Shown: positions 8,380 through 17,824 of the stretch, piece by piece
Layout: every line of letters begins with the position of its first letter
Position numbering within the stretch: position 1 is the first letter of the stretch
Source of the DNA: Pontixanthobacter sp.
GTDB taxonomy: Bacteria > Pseudomonadota > Alphaproteobacteria > Sphingomonadales > Sphingomonadaceae
Reading direction: 5' to 3'
Assembly (NCBI GenBank): GCA_037968495.1
Contig: JBBKVP010000033.1
Span: 26,574-90,573, forward strand
Length of the DNA stretch: 64,000 bases
Program-made: the position numbers and the translations under genes
The notes under the pieces: model-generated
The model's database searches: none
The model's input: only the letters and a program-made list of their open reading frames with translations
What the model was told of the DNA's origin: nothing

Positions 8380-11300
8380 GGCTGATTCTCGCTTTCTGGG
8401 GTCTGAATGGGGGCTTCATCTGGGATAATATCTAGCGGACCTAACTCCGGCTCGACATCATCGCCTGCGATGGCACGTCGCAATACCGTCCCATCCCGTC
8501 TGACCAAGCCCAAATCCTGCGGGTCGCGGATAAAGGCCGGATCATACATGGCCTTGATTGATGTAATCAATTTGTAGAATGGCGCGCGGATATTGATGTT
8601 AAAGCGTAGAGGCAGTTTTGCGAGGCGCCGCGTTACGAAATTCCGCTTGGCCCCCTCGCCTTGTTTCACTCCGTCAAAGCGAACGCGGGTTACTAGGTCC
8701 CCTGTTAGCGAGCCGTTCATTGCAATGCGCATTTCTTTAAAGTCGAGTGAACGCAGCGCATCAAATGCAAAATTCGCGTAAGCATTCATGTCTTTATAGG
8801 TCAGTTCGCCGACATAGGAAATATTGCCGCCTGACGCGCGTGAAACGAGCGTGCCGCCTTCGATACGTCCACCGTTTTCGTCAAAGATCAGGGGCATCTG
8901 ACCGTCGAACGTGCCGATTGCAGAGAGATTACCCAACTCCATTTGCTCGACGAATTGCGCGGCATCAAGTCCTTTGATCACCAGCGTGAACCGGCGCGTT
9001 TCGCCAATTCCGACGTTGATATCTGCTGGCTGCAACGTGAGCGTGCCGCCCATGAATGGCCAGCTTCCGCTCTCAACTGCCAACAACTCGCCACCGGCAA
9101 GCGCATATTCAATTTCGCCGTCGAATACCTCGATGCCGGGATTGAATGATCCGACATGAATTTTCTGCCCGGGTGCGGTAGTCAAGGCGAGTAAGTCGCT
9201 GAACACTATTGTGCCCGACACTCCTTTGACCGGGCCAAAAGCTGCAGCAAAGTTGATTTCATTGCTGGTGAAGCGACCCGTGCTGGTCACGGTTTCCGCG
9301 TTCCAGTCAATCCGGCCGGTACCGGCTACCGTGCCATAAACCTCGGCGACGACGCCCAGTGCCAAGCCTGTCACTTGCACAGCCGTCAATTGATCGTCGA
9401 AAACAAGGCCGGGCACTGTCAGGTCAGCATAACCAACACCGCTGTTCAGGCTGTGATGAATATCGACTTCACTGACTACACGGCCACTTTCGGGATTGCG
9501 CAAAATTGCCCGCGCTATGATCAAACTGTCTTGCAAAGCGAGCGTGGCGTCTCGCGCGATGAGCGGTTGGAACCGGTCTTCAGCCTCGCGGTCTACTAGC
9601 TGGAATGTGCCCTGACCCAACGATAGGACACCATTCGCGTAGGACCAAGACCCGCTCGCGTCCAAAATATCGAGCGGGACAGCGTCCAAAAATGCATCGG
9701 TTCCGCTGAAGGTGCCTGAGATGTCATCGCCGCCCAAGTTTGCACCAAGATTGGTCAAGCTGAAGCGCGTAGCAGTTCCTTCTGGACCTAGCGTAATGGC
9801 GACATCTTTGGCTGTCATAACACCAGGATAAGCGAAACCGACCACTCCGCTTGCCACCGTGATGGGTGTTTCACCAAGCCGCCCTGCCATATCAAGCGAC
9901 GGGAGGCCCGCAGCGATCTTTAGCCCGCCGCTACCCGCTGACAAAATAGGCCTACCTGCTGCCGGACAAAGGGTCAGCCCGCGCCGTTCAAGCGTAAGAT
10001 TGGCATAACTGAGTTGATCGAACCGGATGTCGGTGCAGCTGCGCCACATCGAAAGCCCCCCGCTCGCCGAGTAACTGCCGCTTATCGGTAGGGTCAGATT
10101 TCGAGTTTGACCTCCGGGCAAAGGCCCACTTGCGATAGCCCGCCCGGTGAAGCCCAATCCGCCATTTGCAGACTGTGACACCAGCAATTCCGGCAATGCC
10201 AGCGATGCCTCACCTGCCGCGTATTGCGCCATAGTTACGCGCAAAACGGCGTTGCCTGACGGTTGGCTTTCCATCCGGCCAGCAATCTTGGGCAGATCAC
10301 GTCCGCCGGTCGAGAAATTCCCCGAGAACCTCGGCGGGCCGCTGCCAGCAGTAGATAGCTGGAAACGCGACAAAGCCAGTAGAATCGATCCGCTGGTTCC
10401 GCGCAGCGTCGCTTGCGGGACGACTGCTGTCAGCACACCGCCCGTTCCGCGAACAGTCACGTCGGCGGCAAAGCTACTTCCGCGCCCTTCACGCTTCAGC
10501 GCAGCTTCGATTTTGCTCAATATCGGTTCGAGCAGCGTTCCTTCGATTGCGCTGTTATTGCCCGCCAACAATGCGTCGGACCCGCTGCCGGGCTGCAAGC
10601 GCTTGCCTGTGATGTCGGACTGCGCTTCCCAACTTGCAAAGCCGTCGCGCGAACGGAAATCGCCATTTGCGCTGAACGCTGCCATACTTGCACCAGCCGC
10701 CAATACTTCTTGCGATGACAGCTTGTAGCGCGCGGTTAGCGCTGCATCACGCCAGCTCATTTGCGATTTTCCGCCAATCCCGGCGAAGCTGGCACCTGCA
10801 ACGGCTATCTTCTCGCCTTGCAGGGTGGCCGTTCCATCAATCCCTGCGAAGTCTTCGTCTATAGTGGCATCAAGTCCGGCGGCGACATTGGTCACGCTGA
10901 GGCCGCTTGATGGACAGGAAAGGCTACTCAATCGGACTGGACCGTCAAAACTCGTTTTGCCACTCGAAGTCGTGAGCTCGCCATAGAGCGTCGTGTCCCG
11001 TGCCTCGCATCCTTCGATTTGCAGCATGGGAGCGTTTGCGGCCAGGATGCCGACAAAACCGCTGGCCAGGTTTCCTTTTCCCTCGGTTTTGAAGCCGACT
11101 TCCCCATAATCACTGACCAGTAGAGCGCGGGCATCAACCAGTTCGATATCGATATCCGGGAGGCTGGCCGGTTCATCGCTTGCGGGATCGAAGATGAGTG
11201 AATCGAGACTGCCAAAGCTCAACTGCCCATCACGGTAAGTTCCGTAAAGGCGCGGCTTCATGAGGCTTATCAAGTTGATTCGCGGCTCAAACATGCCCCA

Positions 11301-11612
11301 TTCGAGAGTGACTCGCGCGCGCTCGATCGTCAGGTCGGGGCGATCTGGATCACCGATCACAATGTTCGTCAGAACCTGGCTGCTGCCACCTATTTGTTCG
11401 ACTGTATAAGTCGCCGGGAGACCAAGCTTTTCCAGTTCGTCGGCGATGACATTATCCGCAATGCTCTTGCGTTCGAGCCATGCAAATGCCGCAAGGCCCA
11501 TGAGAACCAGCAGCAAAGCGAGCGATATCCGCACACGCCACATCTGCAGCCGCGGACGGCGCTGAACGGACGTCAATTCGCCGCTTTCAGACTGATCTGT
11601 CTCGTCCGTCAT
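8376..11612 (-). CDS. ydbH: YdbH-like AsmA-family intermembrane lipid-transport protein
   Basis: 1078 aa with one N-terminal TM helix and then a long Gly/Ser/Thr/Ala-rich beta-type repeat body. It has the same gene order as ydbH-ynbE-ydbL. The Met at 11543 (MWRVRISLALLL) is an alternative start. Confidence 0.75.
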   Translation of the reverse strand: MTDETDQSESGELTSVQRRPRLQMWRVRISLALLLVLMGLAAFAWLERKSIADNVIADELEKLGLPATYTVEQIGGSSQVLTNIVIGDPDRPDLTIERARVTLEWGMFEPRINLISLMKPRLYGTYRDGQLSFGSLDSLIFDPASDEPASLPDIDIELVDARALLVSDYGEVGFKTEGKGNLASGFVGILAANAPMLQIEGCEARDTTLYGELTTSSGKTSFDGPVRLSSLSCPSSGLSVTNVAAGLDATIDEDFAGIDGTATLQGEKIAVAGASFAGIGGKSQMSWRDAALTARYKLSSQEVLAAGASMAAFSANGDFRSRDGFASWEAQSDITGKRLQPGSGSDALLAGNNSAIEGTLLEPILSKIEAALKREGRGSSFAADVTVRGTGGVLTAVVPQATLRGTSGSILLALSRFQLSTAGSGPPRFSGNFSTGGRDLPKIAGRMESQPSGNAVLRVTMAQYAAGEASLALPELLVSQSANGGLGFTGRAIASGPLPGGQTRNLTLPISGSYSASGGLSMWRSCTDIRFDQLSYANLTLERRGLTLCPAAGRPILSAGSGGLKIAAGLPSLDMAGRLGETPITVASGVVGFAYPGVMTAKDVAITLGPEGTATRFSLTNLGANLGGDDISGTFSGTDAFLDAVPLDILDASGSWSYANGVLSLGQGTFQLVDREAEDRFQPLIARDATLALQDSLIIARAILRNPESGRVVSEVDIHHSLNSGVGYADLTVPGLVFDDQLTAVQVTGLALGVVAEVYGTVAGTGRIDWNAETVTSTGRFTSNEINFAAAFGPVKGVSGTIVFSDLLALTTAPGQKIHVGSFNPGIEVFDGEIEYALAGGELLAVESGSWPFMGGTLTLQPADINVGIGETRRFTLVIKGLDAAQFVEQMELGNLSAIGTFDGQMPLIFDENGGRIEGGTLVSRASGGNISYVGELTYKDMNAYANFAFDALRSLDFKEMRIAMNGSLTGDLVTRVRFDGVKQGEGAKRNFVTRRLAKLPLRFNINIRAPFYKLITSIKAMYDPAFIRDPQDLGLVRRDGTVLRRAIAGDDVEPELGPLDIIPDEAPIQTPESENQP

Positions 11613-11622
11613 TCACTTACCT

Positions 11623-12405
11623 TTGCGCGCCCGCTTGCCGAAAGGCAATGCAGGCAAGCGTAACGAAATACAGGGGAATAAGTTACCGCAGGCTGAAGGC
11701 ATAGATGGGCTGAAGGATAACGCCCCCAATAATCTGAGGAGTAAGGTTGGCCACCGCGCACGCTTGCGAAAGCGGCTGCTTGACGGCGGCGCCGAAGCGC
11801 TGGCCAATCATGAGGTTCTTGAATGTCTGTTGATGACGGCAATTCCCCGCAAAGACACCAAGCCGCCAGCCCATGATTTGATCCGCCGCTTTGGCTCAAT
11901 TGCCGGAGTTCTGAACGCTGATGCAGATGCGTTGGCGAAGCATCCCGACATGGGCGAGACCAGCGCAGCGGCAATGAAGATTGTTGCCCTCGCCGCACGC
12001 CGCTTAGCCCGAAGTGAGGTCGCGCAAAAGCCGGTTCTGGGCAGTTGGCAAGCACTGATCGACTATCTCCATATCGACATGGCCCATCTGACTGTGGAGC
12101 GCGTTCGTGTGCTTTACCTAAACAGCAAAAATATTCTGATCCATGATGAGCATGTCGGCGACGAGTCGATTGACGAAGCCGCAATCCATCCGCGCGAAGT
12201 AATCCGCCGCGCGCTCGATCTCGGCTCCACCGCATTGATTCTGGTTCATAACTATCCGTCCGGCTCACCCGAACCAAGCCGGGCAGACATCCAGATCACC
12301 AACAAGATTGCCGAAGCGAGCAGGCTCTTGGGCATTGTTGTACATGATCACATAATCATCGGATCAAACGGTCACGTTTCGCTGAAAGCAAAGGGGCTGA
12401 TCTAA
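11623..12405 (+). CDS. radC: RadC-family JAB/MPN domain protein
   Basis: GHRARLRKRLL, an HhH-like segment, and the JAB motif LILVHNYPSG plus HDHIIIG. There is no in-frame ATG or GTG upstream of the conserved region, so the start is probably TTG at 11623 or 11635. Confidence 0.85.
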   Translation: MRARLPKGNAGKRNEIQGNKLPQAEGIDGLKDNAPNNLRSKVGHRARLRKRLLDGGAEALANHEVLECLLMTAIPRKDTKPPAHDLIRRFGSIAGVLNADADALAKHPDMGETSAAAMKIVALAARRLARSEVAQKPVLGSWQALIDYLHIDMAHLTVERVRVLYLNSKNILIHDEHVGDESIDEAAIHPREVIRRALDLGSTALILVHNYPSGSPEPSRADIQITNKIAEASRLLGIVVHDHIIIGSNGHVSLKAKGLI

Positions 12406-12424
12406 GACGAGTACCTCGAGCAAT

Positions 12425-15217
12425 TTACATTTTCGGAATGACACCAAAGCTGGCGTAATGCGCCTCCAACTGCGGATTCTGGCGGAGAGCGCTAGCTACG
12501 TCTGACCGGCCAGACTTGTCTCCCTTGTCCAATTTTACGACGCCGCGCAGGAACCGTGCAGCCGACATGCCGGGTGCCAGTTCAAGCGCCGCGTTCAGAT
12601 CCTCTATCGCTGCCGCGTGATCACCCAGCCGAAAGTGAACCATCGCCCGGCTATCAAGTGCTGCCGCTGGATATGGAGCCCTTTCAACTGCCTTTGTGCA
12701 TTGCTCGATCGCAGAGTTGATCTGGTGTTTATAGATTCCGCGGAACCAGCAGTCCGAATTGAGCAGTCCGGCATTTTCGGGTTCAATTTCGAGTTGCCCT
12801 GCAATCAAAGCAAAACCTTCATCACGCGCGCCCGACCTGCCCAAGATTTCCGAGGTTGCTGAGACTTGATCGGCTATCTCATCGTCCGAAACCGGCAGAA
12901 ATCCGAGCAGCTCTATCGCTTCGTCGGACCGGCCGTTTCGCGACATAATATCAGCGAGATAATACGCCCTGCTGTTCGTTGGGGTAATGTGATACGCCGT
13001 CTGCAAATCTTCGATCGCGGCATCAAGGCGGCCCAACTCGATCAGAGCTTGCGCGCGCTTGGAATGCAATTGCGCTGTCGGCTGGGTATCGATCACCGTA
13101 TCCAAATCAACGAGTGCTTGCTCATAATCATAGATATTCAAATAGAAATCAGCCCGAGCAATAAGCGGCTGGAAATCATCATCTTCGGCTTGGTCGACTG
13201 CGATTCCATAAGCCTTCGCATGCGGCTTAATGCGCTTTGCCAAGTCATTCGGCTCGATGTCCCAGCGCCACTTCATATCTTTTGGCGCGCGCACTTCCAG
13301 CTCATATTTGGAGACGATCTGCGCCTTGCGCTTCTCTCCGGCGATATCGGCCGTCGCCACTTCACCCAGCATCGCCTGAACTTCCTCGGTCACCGACAGC
13401 ATATCGCCCGAAAACTCGGTACTGCGCGATATCCGGGTGTTAGCGACCGTTTCATCGAATTCGCTCTTACCATGCATAGTATATCCTTTGCCGCCATCAG
13501 GCAGCGTAACCTGCATCGAGGCGCGGTTCAGCGACGGGCCGCTAGTCGCGACGGGAATGTTGCGCCAGGTTGGCCTTGCGCGATTTGGCGAGAACTGTAC
13601 GCTTCCTGTCAGCATACCGGCATCGAGGCGGCTTTCGCCATTGTACCAATCGAATACCGAGTCCGCCACGCCCGATATCCTGATCAGGCCCGCAGCCTTA
13701 TCGTCATCATAAGTGATCGAAACGTCGGTAACCTGTGCGTTACCCATTTCAGAATTCGTCATATTGCGCGCCAATTTGCGCCGGACCTCTGGATCATCCG
13801 CGTCAGCGATCTTCTCAATCGCGGCCGCCCCGCCCCCGCTAAATTCGATTTCGTAAGTATAGAGCATCGGCAAATCCGGCCCTGCGGACTGGTCAGCAAA
13901 AATTCGCATAATGGAATCGGGATAGGGCTGCGGCCGCTGGGTCATTTCGACCAGATCAAGGCCTTCGCTGCGTAGCGGCAAGGCGTAATAAAAAGCAGGA
14001 ACCTCGCCGATATTGCGCAAGCGCGTGGATGTGCTGGTGCCATCAAGCCAGTAATCCACGCCATCGATATTTGCGCGCACGATCATATGATCGAAGTTAC
14101 CGGGCAATGGCAGCAACTCGGACATCCCGTCGCCATCGGAGGAATCCACCAGGACGACATCGGATTGAATGCCCATCCGTTGCAGCATAGAATGGAGCAA
14201 TACCGACTTGGCCTTGCAATCGCCGTAACGCTTTTCCCATGTTTCTTCAGCAGCTTGTGGCAGGTAGTTCCCGCCATTTAGACCGTTGAGCAAATAGCTA
14301 ACCTGATCTTGGACCAACTGCGTCGTGGCGGCTGCACGGGCCAGCGGATCGCTATGTTCGGCCATGATCTTGTCGACCTCATCGGCAATCGCACCGCCCT
14401 CGGCAATCACAGCAGCCTTTTCATAATGCGGCGCCATAACGCGTGACAAGTCCTGCCAATCGGCAAAGCTGCCTACGCGCAGGATCGCAGCCCGGCGGAA
14501 CCGGCCAGGCGAATCGCCGGGAATATCTTCACGCTTGGCAAGCGGCAGGTCGACTTCGATATAATTGTAGCCGTCTTTCAGGACGGGCTCACGCAATTTA
14601 ACATCGGGCCCGGCGCGCCAGGAAATTGCCGCACCATCGGGCCAGCTGACGATTGTTCGGGCCTGCCCCACCAGCCATGGTTTGCGCGGGAGATATTGCA
14701 GGACCTGCATTTCATCACCCAGCGCCTGATCAGCCAAAGTCTGGCTATAGGCGAGCCGCAGTGAATCCTCTTCCTGCAAACCTGGAACTGCAACCGTCGC
14801 TGTCAGCATGCCATCGAGCAAACGCGCTTCTAGCTGTTCCTCGCGCCGGATCACATCAAACACGACGCCATCCGCGATCAGATCAATGACCTCCCCGCCC
14901 CGAATAATCTCCAGACGGTGGACATACAGATCGCCCTTATCCGGCGACCAAGCCAGCTGCAGCGTGCCTTCTTCATTGAGCGACTGCGGGTTATCAATCC
15001 GCACTATTCGGTCATAATAGCGGTGCACAACGCCGTCTTCCATGCGGTGCTGCCAATCGTACAGAACTTCGCTTGGACCTTCATCGACGGCTGCGACATC
15101 GAATGCCGAAACTTTCACCCAATCAGGAGCCGCCTCATAAATCACCTCTTCCCCGGCAAGTGCCGGAGAAGTCAGCAACGCGCAGGTAGCCACTCCTGCG
15201 AAAAATACACGATACAT
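12425..15217 (-). CDS. secreted DUF3857 / transglutaminase-like / TPR-repeat protein
   Basis: Signal peptide MYRVFFAGVATCALLTSPALA. Transglutaminase-core Cys/His/Asp candidates are YGDCKAKS, FDHMIV and WLDGT. The C-terminal ~250 aa carry TPR-like repeats. Start taken at the ATG at 15217. Confidence 0.8.
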   Translation of the reverse strand: MYRVFFAGVATCALLTSPALAGEEVIYEAAPDWVKVSAFDVAAVDEGPSEVLYDWQHRMEDGVVHRYYDRIVRIDNPQSLNEEGTLQLAWSPDKGDLYVHRLEIIRGGEVIDLIADGVVFDVIRREEQLEARLLDGMLTATVAVPGLQEEDSLRLAYSQTLADQALGDEMQVLQYLPRKPWLVGQARTIVSWPDGAAISWRAGPDVKLREPVLKDGYNYIEVDLPLAKREDIPGDSPGRFRRAAILRVGSFADWQDLSRVMAPHYEKAAVIAEGGAIADEVDKIMAEHSDPLARAAATTQLVQDQVSYLLNGLNGGNYLPQAAEETWEKRYGDCKAKSVLLHSMLQRMGIQSDVVLVDSSDGDGMSELLPLPGNFDHMIVRANIDGVDYWLDGTSTSTRLRNIGEVPAFYYALPLRSEGLDLVEMTQRPQPYPDSIMRIFADQSAGPDLPMLYTYEIEFSGGGAAAIEKIADADDPEVRRKLARNMTNSEMGNAQVTDVSITYDDDKAAGLIRISGVADSVFDWYNGESRLDAGMLTGSVQFSPNRARPTWRNIPVATSGPSLNRASMQVTLPDGGKGYTMHGKSEFDETVANTRISRSTEFSGDMLSVTEEVQAMLGEVATADIAGEKRKAQIVSKYELEVRAPKDMKWRWDIEPNDLAKRIKPHAKAYGIAVDQAEDDDFQPLIARADFYLNIYDYEQALVDLDTVIDTQPTAQLHSKRAQALIELGRLDAAIEDLQTAYHITPTNSRAYYLADIMSRNGRSDEAIELLGFLPVSDDEIADQVSATSEILGRSGARDEGFALIAGQLEIEPENAGLLNSDCWFRGIYKHQINSAIEQCTKAVERAPYPAAALDSRAMVHFRLGDHAAAIEDLNAALELAPGMSAARFLRGVVKLDKGDKSGRSDVASALRQNPQLEAHYASFGVIPKM

Positions 15218-15378
15218 ATCAAACCCCTGTTGCGCCCCTTGGCGCGTATTATTCCGTTTTACATAGCTTTGAAGGCGAAGCAATTGCGAACAAACCTGTT
15301 TTATCGTCTTGCCAATCGCTCCCCCGCACTTGTAGCCGACCCAGCAATACAGACACTCAGACCCAACTGGAGTCGCAC

Positions 15379-16695
15379 ATGATCCCCCGTTATTCCCGCC
15401 CTGCAATGTCCGCCATTTGGGAGCCGGAAGCACGCTACCGCATCTGGTTCGAAATCGAGGCGCATGCGACCGAGAAATTGGGCGAGCTGGGCGTCGTTCC
15501 GATAAGTGCCGGCAAGGCCCTTTGGGACTGGTGGGCGACCAATCCGGCAATCGACGTACCAGCTATTGACGCAATCGAAGCTGTTACCAAGCATGATGTT
15601 ATCGCATTCCTGACGTGGGTGTCCGATCAGGTGGGCGACGAAGCCCGCTTTATGCATCAAGGCATGACCAGCTCGGACGTCTTGGACACAACACTGGCGG
15701 TGCAACTGGCCCGCGCATCCGACATTCTGCTCGAAGACCTCGACGCATTGCTTGCCGCACTCAAGCGCCGCGCAGATGAGCATAAATACACCGCCACCAT
15801 CGGCCGCAGCCACGGCATCCATGCGGAGCCGACCACGTTCGGCCTCAAGCTCGCCCAAGCCTATGCCGAGTTCGAACGCTGCCGGGGCCGCTTGGTCGCA
15901 GCACGCGCCGAAATCGCCACCTGCGCTATTAGCGGCGCGGTTGGAACCTTCGCCAACATCGATCCTGCCGTTGAAGCGCACGTTGCAGAAAAACTCGGTC
16001 TCGAAATCGAGCCAATCAGCACGCAAGTCATCCCGCGTGACCGCCATGCGATGTATTTCGCCACATTGGGTGTCATCGCCAGTTCGATTGAACGCCTCGC
16101 CGTCGAAGTACGCCATCTCCAGCGCACCGAGGTTTTGGAAGCCGAAGAGTATTTCTCGCCCGGCCAAAAGGGTTCGAGCGCGATGCCGCATAAGCGCAAT
16201 CCGATCCTGACCGAAAACCTCACCGGACAGGCGCGCATGATCCGTTCTTACGCCCTGCCGGCAATGGAAAATGTCGCGCTGTGGCACGAACGCGACATCT
16301 CGCATTCGTCGGTTGAGCGCTTCATCGGCCCAGACGCCACGATCACGCTCGACTTCTCGCTCGCGCGTCTGACCGGTGTGATGGATAAGCTGCTGATCTA
16401 TCCCGAGCGGATGCAAAAGAACCTCGACCGAATGGGTGGCCTTGTTCATTCGCAGCGTGTCCTGCTGGCATTGACGCAAGCCGGGATTAGCCGCGAAGAT
16501 GCCTACGCTCTGGTTCAACGCAATGCGATGAAGGTTTGGGAATCGGATGGCGCATTGTCGCTGCTGGAATTGCTGTCGAATGACGAAGCGGTCACTGCCC
16601 ACATCGCGCCGGACGTGCTCGCCGAGAGTTTCAATCTCGACTACCATTTCAAGCAGGTGGATACGATCTTCGCCCGCGTGTTTAGCGAAAGCTAA
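15379..16695 (+). CDS. purB: adenylosuccinate lyase
   Basis: MIPRYSRPAMSAIW N-terminus and the fumarate-lyase signature GSSAMPHKRNP. Confidence 0.95.
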   Translation: MIPRYSRPAMSAIWEPEARYRIWFEIEAHATEKLGELGVVPISAGKALWDWWATNPAIDVPAIDAIEAVTKHDVIAFLTWVSDQVGDEARFMHQGMTSSDVLDTTLAVQLARASDILLEDLDALLAALKRRADEHKYTATIGRSHGIHAEPTTFGLKLAQAYAEFERCRGRLVAARAEIATCAISGAVGTFANIDPAVEAHVAEKLGLEIEPISTQVIPRDRHAMYFATLGVIASSIERLAVEVRHLQRTEVLEAEEYFSPGQKGSSAMPHKRNPILTENLTGQARMIRSYALPAMENVALWHERDISHSSVERFIGPDATITLDFSLARLTGVMDKLLIYPERMQKNLDRMGGLVHSQRVLLALTQAGISREDAYALVQRNAMKVWESDGALSLLELLSNDEAVTAHIAPDVLAESFNLDYHFKQVDTIFARVFSES

Positions 16696-16768
16696 GCCCC
16701 CGCCCTTTCCATCACAGTGCAGCGCGTCTAGCATCACAGCATAGTCTTGCCGTTTAGGAGTCCACCGC

Positions 16769-17107
16769 ATGCAAATCGTCCGTACCATTGTTTGGGTCCT
16801 GATATTGGTCGGCTTGCTGGGGTTTAGCCTCGCGAATTGGAATCCGGTCGAAGTGAAGATCTGGGAAAACCTGATCCTCGAGACCAAAGTTCCGGCGCTT
16901 GTGATCGTGTCCTTCTTACTGGGCCTATTGCCCATGTGGCTGGTCCATCGCGGCGCAAAATGGCGGGCGACCCGCCGGATCAGTGCGCTCGAAAGCGCAG
17001 CGCAAGCTCGCGCGGTGGCTGACAGCAAGCCGGCCGTTACCGTAGCTGAAGTGGATGCCGGCGATCTCGCTCCTACCTCTGATAGCGGAACCGCCACCCA
17101 ATCATGA
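16769..17107 (+). CDS. LapA-domain (DUF1049) inner-membrane protein
   Basis: Two TM helices followed by a basic stretch, as in LapA/YciS. Its stop overlaps the pyrF ATG (ATGA). Confidence 0.6.
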   Translation: MQIVRTIVWVLILVGLLGFSLANWNPVEVKIWENLILETKVPALVIVSFLLGLLPMWLVHRGAKWRATRRISALESAAQARAVADSKPAVTVAEVDAGDLAPTSDSGTATQS

Positions 17108-17778
17108 GTAACCCGATCTATCTCGCGCTGGACATGCCACAACTGAATGATGCCATTGCAATGGCGAAGCGTGTTAAGGGCCATGTTGGCGGCCTCAAGC
17201 TGGGCCTCGAATTCTTTTGCGCGCACGGCTCGCATGGTGTGCACGAAATCGCGCATATCGGTCTGCCGATATTCCTTGATCTGAAACTGCATGACATCCC
17301 CAACACTGTCGCTAGCGCAATGCAGTCGCTGCATGTGTTGGAACCGTCGATTTTGACAGTTCACGCAAGCGGCGGGCGCGCGATGATGGAAGATGCCAAG
17401 GCCGCAGCGGCCACTGGCACGAAGGTGGTGGCCGTTACGGTCCTCACCAGTCTCGACGAACGCGATCTATCGCGAACCGGCATAACAGGTAGCGCGCATG
17501 ATCAGGTTGAACGGCTGGCTGATTTGGCGCAGGAAGCCGGCCTCGACGGAATTGTCTGCTCAGGTCAGGAAGTCGGTGAAGTACACAAGCGATGGAAGGA
17601 TGGTTTCTTCGTTGTGCCCGGCCTGCGCCCCGCTGGCTCGACGGTGGGAGACCAGAAGCGCGTCGTCACTCCGCGCAAGGCCCGCGACGATGGCGCCAGC
17701 GTTCTCGTCATCGGCCGTCCGATCAGCCGCGCCGACGATCCGGTTGCCGCTGCAAGAGCGATTGAAGCAACGCTTTAG
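17104..17778 (+). CDS. pyrF: orotidine 5-prime-phosphate decarboxylase
   Basis: LALD...FLDLKLHDIPNTV motif and overall OMP decarboxylase layout. Confidence 0.95.
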   Translation: MSNPIYLALDMPQLNDAIAMAKRVKGHVGGLKLGLEFFCAHGSHGVHEIAHIGLPIFLDLKLHDIPNTVASAMQSLHVLEPSILTVHASGGRAMMEDAKAAAATGTKVVAVTVLTSLDERDLSRTGITGSAHDQVERLADLAQEAGLDGIVCSGQEVGEVHKRWKDGFFVVPGLRPAGSTVGDQKRVVTPRKARDDGASVLVIGRPISRADDPVAAARAIEATL

Positions 17779-17824
17779 TTTTCGGCCCCTAGCTTCGAAC
17801 CGAAACTACTACTAACTGACTCCT

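Noticed and set aside
12866-13975. 369-aa plus-strand ORF inside the transglutaminase/TPR gene. Similar antisense ORFs occur at 18489..19436, 19873..20622, 20358..21401, 31419..32336, 34961..35689, 38060..38665 and 61929..62459.
   Set aside because: In every case the opposite strand carries a protein with clear family motifs, while these translations are low-complexity and lack any recognisable domain.
15301-17364. 687-aa minus-strand ORF spanning purB, the lapA-like gene and part of pyrF.
   Set aside because: It is antisense to three well-supported plus-strand genes and crosses their intergenic regions. This is a stop-poor frame produced by GC bias.
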